From Coniocarpon cinnabarinum (taxonomy: Eukaryota): DNA of 64,000 bases. Below are positions 23,215-35,758 of the stretch, piece after piece. The DNA lies in the NCBI GenBank assembly GCA_051942205.1, contig JAVECO010000112.1:1-64000 (forward strand). The letters run 5' to 3'. The number at the start of each line of letters is the position of its first letter. Position 1 is the stretch's first letter. The translations under genes and the position numbers were made by a program. The notes beneath the pieces were generated by a model that searched no databases, was not told the origin of the DNA, and saw only the letters and a list, made by a program, of their open reading frames with translations.

Positions 23215-26200
23215 ATGAGATCGTTCCGACTTGCAGAGGTAGGAATTGCGCGTCACTCTGAGCGCTCTTCGCTGACTTCAGTCCTCTAGGCGCGCCTCGA
23301 CGCCAGTGTCTGCTTGTTCTGCCAGTTGCGCCGCTTTCAAGTGAAGCTATCCTCGCCTCAAGTGCGCCGCCCCTACCGGACCTCTATTCGACATTTACAA
23401 GCAGCATCACAAGCAGTTGCTGCGCCTGAGTTTGAGACAGAGCCTGGTCGACATTCAGCAAGATCAGCGAAACAGGACACAGGACACAGACCATGGGAAG
23501 CACGCCAAACGTTATCAGATGGAGGCGACCCCAGCCTGACTCCACGTGCCAGGAAGTGGGCACGCATGCGGCCTTCATTGGAAGCTTCTGATTCTGGCAT
23601 CGTTAGTCCGGAAGCTACATCCCAACCAAGCCAGACTGAAGGCTTCCGCCAAAATGCGGAGCAGCACCCTCCTTCATTCAGACAAGCACCCGTGCTAGAT
23701 GACCCACGTCTGCGACCGGAGTGGAACTCAGAGCCATCGCAAGGCTCCGGTGTGAAGTCCTTCGCCCGGCGTGGCCCACGTTGGTCACGGGATTCGAGGG
23801 GAAGTAACACTCGCGAACCGTGGCGGAAAACGCCTGCGTCCGGGCGCCGCTGGGACGTAATTGATGCCAGTAATATTGAAGGCGAAGCAAATGCAGGTCG
23901 GACAGAACATTTAAGTTCCACACCGTGGGGCCAGCATCTGAGACGTAGACGAGTTTCCTACTTGGAAGATGGAAAAAGACGGCCCGATCGAGGAGAGAGT
24001 TTCAGAGGCCTCCAAGCAGACTCAAGCAGCAGTTCTCGCCAGAACGAGATTTCGGACAACGTTGAAGCCAACAAGTCGCATCCAATTGAGACGCCCGTCA
24101 ACACTTCATTCCATGAGTTTCGGCCGTCAACAGCAAAAGATCCGTTTTTCGAATCTGATGCAAATTTTGTGGCTCTTCAAGGGAATCAAAAGCAGCCACA
24201 AAAGCGAGACCTTGCGGGCGAAGCAACACTGCCAGTTGATACCGAGGAAGCGAATTTTTCTCAAGCAAACAACAGCGAGAATGTTCATTCACCAACAAGC
24301 ACGATAAATATTGGGCGACGAGCAGCGCGGTTTGACGCAGGAGAAGGAGTCTCTGGACCTCCATCGCGCGCGTCGGCCGGCTCACGACGCCGCCCAGACA
24401 AGGGCAACGACGTCGAAAACTTTGCAGGTGTAGGCCAGATGCGGTCGCGGCGCGATCAAGGCCGAGCGTCACGGCGGTCGAAGAAATCCAAAGATGTTAC
24501 ATCAAAGCCACTCGATGACGACTCGATCAAGACCAGCGGCGGCATGATTGATGAGGATCATGCCCAGGCACGAAAACAAAGGAGACAAGCTAGAGAAGAG
24601 GCACGTCGTGCAAAGGAAGAGCGTAGCAGAGTCGCCAAAAGCTCAACATCAGTCTCGTTACATGTACCTCCTTTCATCAGTATTCAAAATCTCGCGGCCT
24701 TGCTAAAAGTGCGGCCTGAGGATTTTGGGCACAAATTGAGTGAACTGGGCTTCCGGAATGTATCCATGGATCATGTTCTTAACGCAGAGAATGCTGCGCT
24801 GATCGCAATGGAATACGACGTTGAGCCGATTTTAGATCAAGACAGCGACGCAGACATAAAACCTCGCCCAGCACCTATTGACAAAACTACTCTTCCCCAA
24901 CGACCCCCGATTGTCACGATTATGGGCCACGTTGATCATGGGAAGACCACCCTGTTGGATTACTTGCGACACTCTTCCGTGGCTGCGAACGAACACGGTG
25001 GAATCACCCAGCACATTGGAGCATTTTCTGTGGCACTCGAAGGCCACGAAAACCGTCTCATTACATTTTTGGACACTCCCGGACATTCTGCGTTTCTTAC
25101 AATGAGACAAAGGGGAGCAAATGTAACAGACATCGTGGTCTTGGTTGTTGCAGCAGACGACTCTGTAAAACCGCAGACAATTGAGGCAATTAAGCACTCG
25201 AAAGCGGCGGGCGTTCAGCTCGTTGTAGCCATCAACAAGGTCGATAGAGACGAAGCTGACACGCAAAGGGTGAAACAAGACTTAATGCGGGAAGGTATAG
25301 AGGTCGAAGATTTCGGAGGCGACATTCAAGCTGTCGAGGTTAGCGGTAAAACGGGACAGGGGGTTTCCAACCTGGAAGAGGCAATCATCACACTGGCCGA
25401 CGTGCTGGATGTCCGTGCTGAAAATGATGGTCCCGTGGAAGGCTGGGTTCTCGAGGCTGCTACCAAGCTGGCTGGACGGAGTGCTACAGTACTTGTACGC
25501 CGGGGAACTTTACGCCCCGGAGACATCATCGTGGCTGGAAGGACCTGGGCAAGGGCGAGGACTCTACGCAACGAAGCTGGCATACACGTCCCTCTGGCTG
25601 GACCAGGCACACCCGTCGAAGTTGATGGATGGCGTGATCAACCTATGGCGGGACAGGAAGTCTTGCAAGCGCCATCCGAACAAAAGGCTTCTGCCGTGAT
25701 CGAGTATCGCCACACGCGCGAGCAGCGGGTGAGAGCTTTGTCTCAAGTCGATGCTATCAATGATCAGCGAAAGCTAAACGATGAGCGTCGAGCCAAGGAG
25801 CGAGAAGCAGTGGCAGAAGCAGAGGCCAATCTGGCCATGCAGGAAAATGTCACAAGACGGGACAAAATGGAAGCACGCAAAGCAGCAGTGTCTGAAGTGA
25901 GCGAGCACTTGCAAACGTCGAAGGCCAATGATGTGCCGGAGCTGTTTTTCGTTGTCAAGGCCGATGTCTCCGGCTCTGCCGAAGCGGTGACTGCTGCAAT
26001 GAATTCATTGCCTCTGGCTAATCAGCCCATCAAGCTTAACGTTTTGCGCTCAGCGGTCGGTGTGCTTTCCGAATCAGACATCGCTCTTGCTGCTGCTGCC
26101 CCGGAAGGCCAAGGCTACGTCTTGAGCTTCAACCAAGAAGTCCCACCAAGCATGTCATTACTTGCGGCGAAAAGTGGTGTGGCGCTTTTGAACGCCAGCA

Positions 26201-26640
26201 TCATATACAAGGTGATTGATGACGTCCGCGAGAAAGTGGAGGACAGGCTACCACCTGTCGTCACCTCGCGTGTCACTGGAGAGGCTGAACTGCTTCAGTC
26301 GTTTGACGTCAAGAGCGATAAGAAAGTAATAACTAAGGTTGGCGGTTGCAGGGTCACAAATGGCATCGTCACACGTAACAGTAAAGCGCGTGTCTATCGC
26401 GGTGAAGTCGGCCGTGACGATGCCATCGTATTTGACGGTAAGTGCGTGGGTGCCATCTCATCTGGCTCCGCTAATTTGCTTGTAGGAACCATATCTTCAC
26501 TGAAATCACACAAAAGAGATGTCGCCGAGATGCGCAAAGGCACTGAGTGTGGCCTTTCCTTCCACGGGTGGAGTGGTTTCCAAACCGGCGACACTATACA
26601 ATGCTACGAGGAGAAGAAGGAGCGCCGACGCTTGCTTTGA
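23215..26640 (+). CDS. IFM1: Mitochondrial translation initiation factor IF-2; exons 23215-23238, 23290-26437, 26486-26640
   Basis: [28 protein letters not shown]; spliced N-terminus [20 protein letters not shown] looks like a presequence; C-terminal KGTECGL. Confidence 0.95.
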
Positions 26641-27018
26641 GAACTGTAAACTATCATTTTATATTTGTGCACTCAGCCACGGTCATGTGTATATAAGAAG
26701 TGCCTTGTGGGAGTCAAGAAACCGACGTCCCTCATTAAAGTTTGCTCTCGTTGACAGACACCGTGCGGCTGCAACTGGAATGCTCCCGGATTTAGCGCAT
26801 CGTTAGGCTATCAGGTAGAATCATATACACCTCATCCTGTCCTTCGTCGCTTTTCTCTCGTCATCGACGTCTTCAAATGCTAGCCTCATTTGGAATAGCC
26901 AGGTATGCTAGCGCGCCTCCGAAGCCTGGCCCAGTGAAATCGATGGTGCCTGCCGTGGTCACCGTCCTGGTCTGAGATCGCACACTCAGTCAAGGGTGGG
27001 TCGAGGATTACCAGTGCG

Positions 27019-27904
27019 ATGGAAAGTCTTTATTGGAATCAAAATATTCCACGGGATCAGTGGACCGAAAAGTGCCCCGAATACTTGCAAGACGTTGATG
27101 ATGCGGACAAGAGTCAGCTTGCAGTCCAAGATGCCGACTACCAGTTGATGACCTGGGAAGAGGTCAGGAACATCGTCAGTATGCGAGCGTGGTATGACTT
27201 GAGAGGCTAGAGGCTAAATCTATGGAGCCCGCAATTGCTTAGGGGACTTCACGAGGATGCCGTCACAGTTGAGAAAATATCGTAAATACATTTGGGACAT
27301 TAAACATGAATACGGCTCCGTGATGAATCTGATACTAAAAGAGCGTGTCCGTTGGAGCGACTTGACACCTCGAGGGGATGCTTTTGAACACCCTGGTAAG
27401 CTACAGACACCATGCGCAACACCGGAACTCACGAAGCTACAGAGGATGTATGCATTCTGTGCAACGATTGGCCCTACGGCGTGGATCCGAAGATCGTTCA
27501 TCTCGTGTGCTGGACGAAGTTTACTTTCGAGGAGGATTCCCAGACCGGCGACCTGACTCCGAGAGCCAGGGACAGCATCGATGACTTTGTAACAGAGCGT
27601 TTCCGAAAACACGAGGATCCTGCGCGGGTACGTTGATCTGACTTGTATCGTAGCGGCATGAAATTGATCCAAGCAGGTCCTTTGGTTCAAAAACTGGTCG
27701 GTGAGTGTGACACGTGGTTGGTCGCATGTTAGCTTTGGCCTGCGAGTACCAGCTGGAGATGTCGTCTCGACTGACGATTCAAAACAGGCTCTGAAATCTG
27801 TTCACGCAGTCGAGCATTTCCATGTGATGCTGCATGACCCCGACCCTGGTTTTGTGAGGAACATCACCAACGGAGATGTGCCGTTGCACCAATGCGTCCC
27901 GTAG
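27019..27904 (+). CDS. GIG1: N-acetylglucosamine-induced protein 1-like (DUF3605), 5 exons
   Basis: MTWEEV, YGSVMNLIL.ER..W, NDWPYG, HLVCWTKF, 24-nt exon VLWFKNWS, LKSVHAVEHFHVML. Confidence 0.85.
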
Positions 27905-28445
27905 AGGAGGGAGCACGTGGAGGGGGGCAGGAGGGCACGATACTGGGTCACTCGCATATTTCACCAGCGGACCATCAGCTCAGCATTGGACGCATGGAGC
28001 TTCCTGTCAAATGTCTCCAGCTGCAAAAGTCTAGCGGCCAAGCGGTGGTGAAAAAGGAGGCAGGGTTGGCAATGTGGTTGTCGCCGTGTCGCTCCGTGCC
28101 CCTCTGCAGTGTGACGTACCAGCCCCCAGAAACTTTTGCGCCTTACGTGAATCGTCTGGACCTCCAAACGTACCTTCATTCTTGAATCTTGCCTCTCAGT
28201 GATTATAGCGCTCGAACGACAGATTCATTGGGACTGTTCCTGTCTCGCTCCTGCGCGAGCCGTCTTCAAGCGTGTCCTAGAACAGTGTAGTCCTTCAACA
28301 CCCGACCACAAGCCCCCTCACCTTGTCATGCCAGCTTCATAGGTCCCAGCATCCGAAACAAATACCGCCGGTACTTCTGCAGACCCGCTTCCAGCTTCTG
28401 CACAGAGACTCGTTACGGGAACATTGCGCTACAGCCTCTGCAGCC

Positions 28446-30237
28446 ATGGTTCATGGCCTGCGGCGACACTCGACTGCCAGTAGGTCAACCTATCTTCTCC
28501 ATGTAGCTCGACATGTGCTTTCTCGGCCGCCATGAGACGCAAGATTTGTCAACCGTAGCTGACGTCGCGATTACTTCCAGGTAGCAAAGCTGGCAACGAA
28601 GACCACCGACCAGAAAGCTCCCACGATGATGAGACGGTGGTGGATGAAGCCCAAGGCAACGGTGCGAATGACCCTTGATCTCCCACTTGGAGCGCATCAA
28701 GCTGAGTTGAAGGACGGCAGTCTTGTCTCACATCATCTCTCAACTGCGGCCGGGTGCCGATCTCAGTCGAATAACGCTTCCTACTTTTATACTCGAACCT
28801 CGATCTATGCTCGAGAGAATCACCAAGTAAGAGCGACGTTTGTCAGAGTCGAAGACCCCGCGGAATAGCTAAACATGCCCGCAGCTTCATGGCGCACCCT
28901 GAATTGATGCTTTCGATGCCTGCGGTTGATGACCCTGTCCAACGATTTGTTTCAGTAGTAGCATTCTACTTAAGTGGTTGGCACATCAAACCTCCGTAAG
29001 CGAAGCTCCGCAACCCAACTGCACGAGGTTAATTACGAAGTCCTGACGTGACCACAGGGGCGTCAAGAAACCTCTTAATCCCATCCTTGGCGAGCGTTTC
29101 TATGGGTGGTGGGATTACAGTGATGGCACCAAAGGGTTCTACATTGCTGAGCAAACGTCACACCATCCACCCAAGTCAAGTTACTTCTTCATGGCACCTG
29201 AGCACCACATTCGCATTGATGGTACTCTCAAGCCACGCAGCAAGTTTTTAGGGAATTCGGCGGCTAGCATTAGCGAGGGCATTGCAGTCATGAGATTTCT
29301 TAATCGAAACGAAAGATAGTGAGTGCCTTGTCCACCAACGACAATACAGTCTAACAGCATTCTGAAGCTTCGTCACACAACCAAACATGTACGCCCGAGG
29401 GATATTGTTTGGCAAGATGAAATATGAGCTCGGCGACCACAGCTACGTCAAGTGCCCAGAGACGGGTCTGGAGGCTGACATTGAGTTCACTAACAAGGGA
29501 TACTTCAGTGGCAAGGACAATGCTGTCAAGGGAGTCATCAAGAACAGGGCTGGCAAGATCTTGTTTGAGGTTTCCGGGGAGTGGAACGGCAAAATGTTCG
29601 TCAAAGACAGCGCGAGCGGTAAGCAAGACCTGGTCTTTGATGCCACATCTGCACGAGAGACCTATCCCAACGCCAGACCTGTGGAGGAACAAGAGGAGTG
29701 TGAATCACAGCGATTGTGGCTTAAAACCACGCAGGCTTTGAAGCGCCGAGACCATGAAGCAGCGACGGAGGAAAAGTCCAGAATAGAAGACCGCCAGCGC
29801 GAAGAAGCCGCACGGCGAGGTGCTGAAGACAAGTGGGAACCCAAACTCTTTCGACAGGTGCAAAACGGAGCGGGGAGTCCAGACGAGGGCGAAGAGAACC
29901 TTGACTGGGTGATCAACGCCAAAATGTAAGCACGCAGCGTGCCCACATTGTAGGTAAAGATGCTGACATGTATAGTGACGGCAAGACTGCCCAGGAGCAG
30001 ACTGCTCAGATTCTTTCGATCGCACCAGTTCTGCCGCAGAGTGAGATTGAACACATCCGACACGGGCAACAGTTGTCAGCAATGGGCGATGGCGCGACCT
30101 CGACCACGTCGATACAACCAACGAACCCGCAGGCTACCCAGAACGACAGCATTGGCTCGGCGAGAGTGCACAGGCTCGATTCATTAGCGGGCGACACGGA
30201 TGAGTTTGTTGATGCCAATTCCACATTTCAAGCATAG
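28446..30237 (+). CDS. Oxysterol-binding-protein-related lipid transfer protein (Osh6/Osh7-like), multi-exon
   Basis: Spliced [44 protein letters not shown] signature [32 protein letters not shown]. Confidence 0.92.
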
Positions 30238-31575
30238 ACCAAAGATTACTACCCCTAGACACACTCAAGCGTTTGGAGTTTGCGTCTTTTTTGCCTCGGC
30301 CCGTGATTCAGGCTGCATTGGTGTAGCGTCCGGGGTAGGTAAGCATCAGCCAGCATTTTTGAACGGGACGGCAAGTGTCGAATTCAACATTTGGACATTG
30401 ATATATCCAAGGAAGTCGTGTCACGAGGAGTGGGACGAATCGGGCGCGTGAGGCCATGAGCAGACCAGGTTTCACTGGCCGATGCAGTCTCGTTCAAGGC
30501 AGATGCTGTGAGTGACGGGCTGATTGACTGTAAGAGCCGCGAGGTCACAGAGAAGGGAAGAGGGTGCAGGGCTTCTGGAAAAGGCACGAGAGCGATCTTG
30601 CTCCGTACGGAGCTGCAGCAGCGCTTACGGGCCAGTGCCGGGTCCGAGACCGGTCAGGGATGGATCGTGGCCCGGTGACTGGGCGGGCGGTCAAGCAGAA
30701 AGGGCCGCAAGCGACAGCGAGGACGGAGGAGAGAGCACGCGCAGGACGGGGTCGAGCATGAGGGATAATCGCCGTGGGTGCCATCTGAAATGTACTGCCG
30801 TCAGTCGGCGGGCACGGCGGGTCACTGTACCTCCTCCGTCGCGATGGTTCTTGTTCCACGCCAGAGATTTGCGCCCTGAGCCTCCTGACCGCCACAAGAG
30901 CGTGCGGAAGAAGGCCCGGCCATAGCTAAGATGCGGGGGGTGGATTGGTGAGCTGGCGTGGCTGGCTGCAGAGCGACGATCTGCGCGGCCCCAAGGGGAA
31001 AGTCGTGATCATCCGCAGTCCTGGCGGGGTCACGCTTCGTGATTCGCAACTGGGAACTATCAAACACCGTCACCACCCTCCTGCAGTGCAGAAAAGCTGG
31101 AGACGTCCACTGACGCCTCTTGCTGTGCCTGGCCATGGTTCTTGACTCTGCTCGCTCGCACCGTCCTGCCTCACAGCTGCCCGGTGCGTCCGACTGTGCC
31201 ATCCATCGCCTAGCTGGAAAAGAAAAAAAAACCCATCGATGCAGCAACAACCTCAGTGTCCAGCAATAATGTGAGCCCACGAACCTCCTTGACGTACCTC
31301 TCGTACGAGCCGATGCCTTTTTGGGTCCCCGCCCTCTTACCTAGATTCTTCTCACCCGCTATGTCTGAACCACTACTTCCTGCAACCTATCGACTTGTGG
31401 TGTTTCTCTCATTTCTGCAATATTCTTTTGGTTCGCTTGCTGAACGTCATAGCGATGCACCGCTCGTCGTGTTAAGCCCTGGATGCGCGCTGCCCGTGTC
31501 GGATGACTCAATGTTCTTCGTTTGTACAAATACACTTCATTCGCCGCCCACCCCTTTCTGCTGTGTCGCACTGCA

Positions 31576-34386
31576 ATGGCAGACTCCAACCAGCAACCGC
31601 CCGACGCTGCGCTGCCTGCGGGTACCAGCTCACTGAGTGATGCCTCTGTCCCGCCGCAGCCCTCTCCTCCAGCCGGAGCGGCCCACCACCCCAGCGGATC
31701 CTCCATCTTCCCCGCTCCCAATCGAACGCCCAGCATAGCTCTCAATCCCAGATCATGCGTGACCTGTCGAAAGCGCAAAGTCCGTTGCGACAAGCAACAG
31801 CCCTGCTCCAACTGCGTGCGCGCACGAATCCCTTGTCAGTTTCCAGCACCCGGGCGCGCTCCCCGCCGTCCGCGTAAACCGCCAGATGGAGAGCTTCTGG
31901 CACGTCTGCGCAAGCTGGAGGGAGTGGTGAAGAGCTTGGGGGCCACCGCGGACGACGAGATCTTATCGTCGCCGACGGGCGTCGACAACCCATCATTTCG
32001 ACCTGAGAGCACCAGTCCCGGATCGGAGCTGCCAATGGATGCGGCACAGCGTCAGCGCAACGCCTCACTGGATACCAACTTTGGACGGCTGGTGCTCGAT
32101 GAAGGCAAAAGCCGATATGTCAACAACAGCTTCTGGGCCAATCTGAGTAATGAGGTGGAGGACATAAAAACAATCCTACACGACGAATCGGACGAAGAGC
32201 ATGATCTCGACACTCCCGGTGAGTCACCCTACGAATCTCCTGGTCTGCAACATGAGTTCGTATTTCATCACGCATCGCCTGGACGCGACAGAGGGTTGCC
32301 TCATCCGCCACCACACATCATTCAGCTGTTTTGGAACAAGTACGAGGAGAATGTGGACCCCCTCATCAAGATGCTCCATCTACCCTCCACACGCGCCATG
32401 TTTCAGTCTATCAAGGAGGACCCTGCAAATGTCCCGAGACATCATGACCCACTGGTGTTTGCGATCTATTATGCCGCCGTTACGAGTTTGACCTGCGAAG
32501 AGAGCAAAGCCCTGACTGGAGAGCCAAAGTCGCAACTCCAGGCGAGACAGCGCCGATATGTCGAGCGTGCATTGGCCAAGGAGCATTTCCTGAGCACGGA
32601 AGAAGTTGTGGTACTCCAAGCGCTGGTCTTGTTCCTGCTGAGTCTCCGCAGAAACGAGCATCCCCGGGTCTTATGGAGCTTGACGGGACTTGTAGTACGA
32701 ATAGCGACCACCATGGGCTTGCACCGGGATCCGGCACTATTCGAGCTTGGTCCTTATGATACCGAAGTGAGAAGGAGGCTCTGGTGGCAAGTGTGTAATT
32801 TGGACGTGCGATTGTCGGAAGACCATGGTTCCGATCCCGGCATCCTCGAAGGTAGCTTCGATACCCAGTACCCCTTGAATATCGACGATGTAGACTATGG
32901 CCCCGAAATGCCTGTGGATATCAAAGATAAGCAAGGAGTCACCGACATGACTTTCAGCTTGATCCGCTTTGAAGTTGCCAACACCTTTCGAAGGCTTAGC
33001 TACAGTGCGCCAAACAGTGACACATTCAAGGACGGAAGCATGCCTGAGGTCAGCATCAAGGACAAAGAGCAATGGATCGAGGAGTGTCACCGAAGCCTCG
33101 AGGAGAAATATCTACGCTATTGTGACATGACGATTCCCATGCATTGGGTAATTGGCACAGTCGCACGACTGATCATGGCCAAAATGTGGTTGCTCATCTA
33201 CCAGCCCTATCAGCGTCTTGATGGCGGGGCAAGTCTCCCGCAGGAGACACGAGACCGCCTCTTCGTGACTTCGCTCGAGAGCATCGAGTATGCACTATTA
33301 CTGGAAACCGAAGTCCGAACTGTGAAATGGGGCTGGCTGTTCAAGTCTTATTCTCAATGGCACGCCCTGGCATTCTTGCTGTCTGAGCTGTGCCATCGCA
33401 CCAAAGGACCCACGGTGCATCGAGCGTGGGTGGCTGTCGAGCATACCATCGCAGAGATGCGCATGCGTGTGCCTGTACATCGTCGAGAGACAACGTGGAA
33501 ACCACTTGGAAGGTTGATGGCCAAGGCCCGCGCCGCACGGGACAATGAAATGGAACCCTTCCGCGTGGCCCAGGCCTCCAATCCTTGGGTCCAGCCGAAT
33601 GACCAGGGGGAAGGTTGGGAGCCTCAGCTCGTAGCTGGCGCCAGAAGTTTTGGCACAGTCACGAACGGCGAGAAGCCGTCCTATGCTGTCGACTCACCCT
33701 CGACCTCCTCGTTGCGGAGTTTCGATTCTAAGCCGAACAATACCAGCACCACGTTGCCATCCACTGCCACGCCTGACACAGCTAACAGCAGCAGTAACTT
33801 CAGCCAACCCCAGCCTTCGGCCTCATCCAATGCTTTTCTACAAAGCCACTTCGACCCCAACTGGAAGATGCTCAACAGACCCGATCAAAATGCACCGGGC
33901 GTGGGCTCAACCACGACCGGAGCCCCTGATTTTGCGCCGTCTCCGTTCTTTGCCAACCAGCCGCCAGTGCAGCCCCCGGCATGGTCCCAGCCTTCTGGTG
34001 CCGACAGTGCCATATTGAATGACTTCTTCCTCGGTGAAAATTATCAAAACCCAAATATACCACGTACTGGGTTGACTCCGGCACCACCTGGCGCTATGCC
34101 CCTGGGACAACAGGCGATTAGCAAAGACCTGGGGACACTTTCAGATCTTGACTTTTCGAACGGCGCTGTGAGCGGTGTTGACAGCAATGCAGATGGCGCG
34201 TTCAACGGCAATACAGCAGACAACCCCATGGTGAGCGGCGCTGATGTAGCTTGGGAGGACTGGGATTCAATGGTCAAGGAGTTCGAGATGGACACCCAGG
34301 GAAATCAGAGTGAGGCCATGGATGCGAACGGACTGTCGGGCATGAACATCAAGAGGCCTCGCCCTGGAATGGGTGACTGGTTTTGA
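31576..34386 (+). CDS. Zn(II)2Cys6 transcription factor with fungal-specific TF domain
   Basis: SCVTCRKRKVRCDKQQPCSNCVRARIPC; middle homology region RIATTMGLHRDP...EVRRRLWW; acidic C-terminus; first ATG 31576. Confidence 0.95.
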   Translation: MADSNQQPPDAALPAGTSSLSDASVPPQPSPPAGAAHHPSGSSIFPAPNRTPSIALNPRSCVTCRKRKVRCDKQQPCSNCVRARIPCQFPAPGRAPRRPRKPPDGELLARLRKLEGVVKSLGATADDEILSSPTGVDNPSFRPESTSPGSELPMDAAQRQRNASLDTNFGRLVLDEGKSRYVNNSFWANLSNEVEDIKTILHDESDEEHDLDTPGESPYESPGLQHEFVFHHASPGRDRGLPHPPPHIIQLFWNKYEENVDPLIKMLHLPSTRAMFQSIKEDPANVPRHHDPLVFAIYYAAVTSLTCEESKALTGEPKSQLQARQRRYVERALAKEHFLSTEEVVVLQALVLFLLSLRRNEHPRVLWSLTGLVVRIATTMGLHRDPALFELGPYDTEVRRRLWWQVCNLDVRLSEDHGSDPGILEGSFDTQYPLNIDDVDYGPEMPVDIKDKQGVTDMTFSLIRFEVANTFRRLSYSAPNSDTFKDGSMPEVSIKDKEQWIEECHRSLEEKYLRYCDMTIPMHWVIGTVARLIMAKMWLLIYQPYQRLDGGASLPQETRDRLFVTSLESIEYALLLETEVRTVKWGWLFKSYSQWHALAFLLSELCHRTKGPTVHRAWVAVEHTIAEMRMRVPVHRRETTWKPLGRLMAKARAARDNEMEPFRVAQASNPWVQPNDQGEGWEPQLVAGARSFGTVTNGEKPSYAVDSPSTSSLRSFDSKPNNTSTTLPSTATPDTANSSSNFSQPQPSASSNAFLQSHFDPNWKMLNRPDQNAPGVGSTTTGAPDFAPSPFFANQPPVQPPAWSQPSGADSAILNDFFLGENYQNPNIPRTGLTPAPPGAMPLGQQAISKDLGTLSDLDFSNGAVSGVDSNADGAFNGNTADNPMVSGADVAWEDWDSMVKEFEMDTQGNQSEAMDANGLSGMNIKRPRPGMGDWF

Positions 34387-35758
34387 ATATCCATGGAAAC
34401 AGCCCATCTATAAAGACATGAAACACAGTCTGTCACGCACACTCGTAAGACAACTGCTCAGGACGACTAACATATAGAGACCCCACTATTATTCCGAGGT
34501 ACCATACATGACTGTTTCATTCATCAATCTGTAGAAAAATGACGAGCAGCGTTCCGCATCCGAGTCCCAACGTCCTAGGCCGTTGAAAGTACTGCTGATG
34601 TACACAAGCGCTCTTCGGCGGAGTCACTTGGTTTTTTCTTTCCCCCCACCGCAAAGCAGTGCAAGGTGAGAGACTCTTCATCGCGTGCGCGCGAGCGTCA
34701 GGTAAGTGCAATGACCTCACAGTAATGTAAGGCGTGAAACGGTGGACACCATCTCATATATAGGTGCTGACTAATGCCCCCGGCAGAACACAACAGAACT
34801 GCACATGGCAACAGTCCAGCATGCCCCTGAGAATAAACAGCGCGACACCGCAGCCCACATGGAAGCGCAGGCCGAATTTGGAGCTTTACATGCCAGTGAA
34901 CCACAGCTGGCACGGCTGACACCATCTGACGGGTCACTCAGGGCCTCTGCCGTGCCACATGCTCACGAGATGTAAGCCAGGACTCGTTGCAGTCGACTCG
35001 AATGGGGGAACTATCCGCCCAAGCCGTGAGACTTGGCAGTTCGGGGGGCGATCGTCACTCGTCAAGGCTCGTCGGTCATGTCGTTGGATAGGTAGTGATG
35101 AAGAGGAAGGCGAGCGTATTGAGGAGGAGGGGACAAAGAATACGCGCGGCCGGGGGGGGAAGTAGACATCCACGTGACATCACGAATGCCCCGAAGTGGC
35201 AAAGTGAAAGAGGCCGCCGGCGACTGGGGCTGGCACCTGCACCAAAGCTCCATTTCCACCATTTGGAGTGCGCAGTGCCAGCGTAGGGAGACACAGACAC
35301 GCAGACCCCAGCGAGCCAACGTGGGTAACCCTACTAGAGTCCCCAGAGAAGGTTGGCACCACCTCCTCCTCATCAATCAGTTCAGTTTCAACGCCGCCGT
35401 CCAACCCTTCATCTCTCCCCAGCGCTCGCTCACGCTCTGTCTCTCTCGCCCTCTCACTCACCCTCTGTCTAGCCAGCCCTTTCCCCCAGTCTCTCTGGCT
35501 TCTTGGTCGCCGTGCGCGCCCGCCTGCCCATTCGCTTTCTCCCACCACACTCCGGCCGGCTGTGCCTGCCTGTTTCCTTATCGGCTGCTAAATACTTACG
35601 GCCATCCTTGCGGCACCTCCGCTGCGTCCAGTCAATCATTGCTATCACTCGGTCTGCTGGCCTCTCTCCGGTCCAGAGCACCGCCTCTCGCTCGGTCCCC
35701 CTCTTCAATCGCAATGTTTCATTGACTGTACGAGATTGCATCTCCTAGGGTCGCCTCG

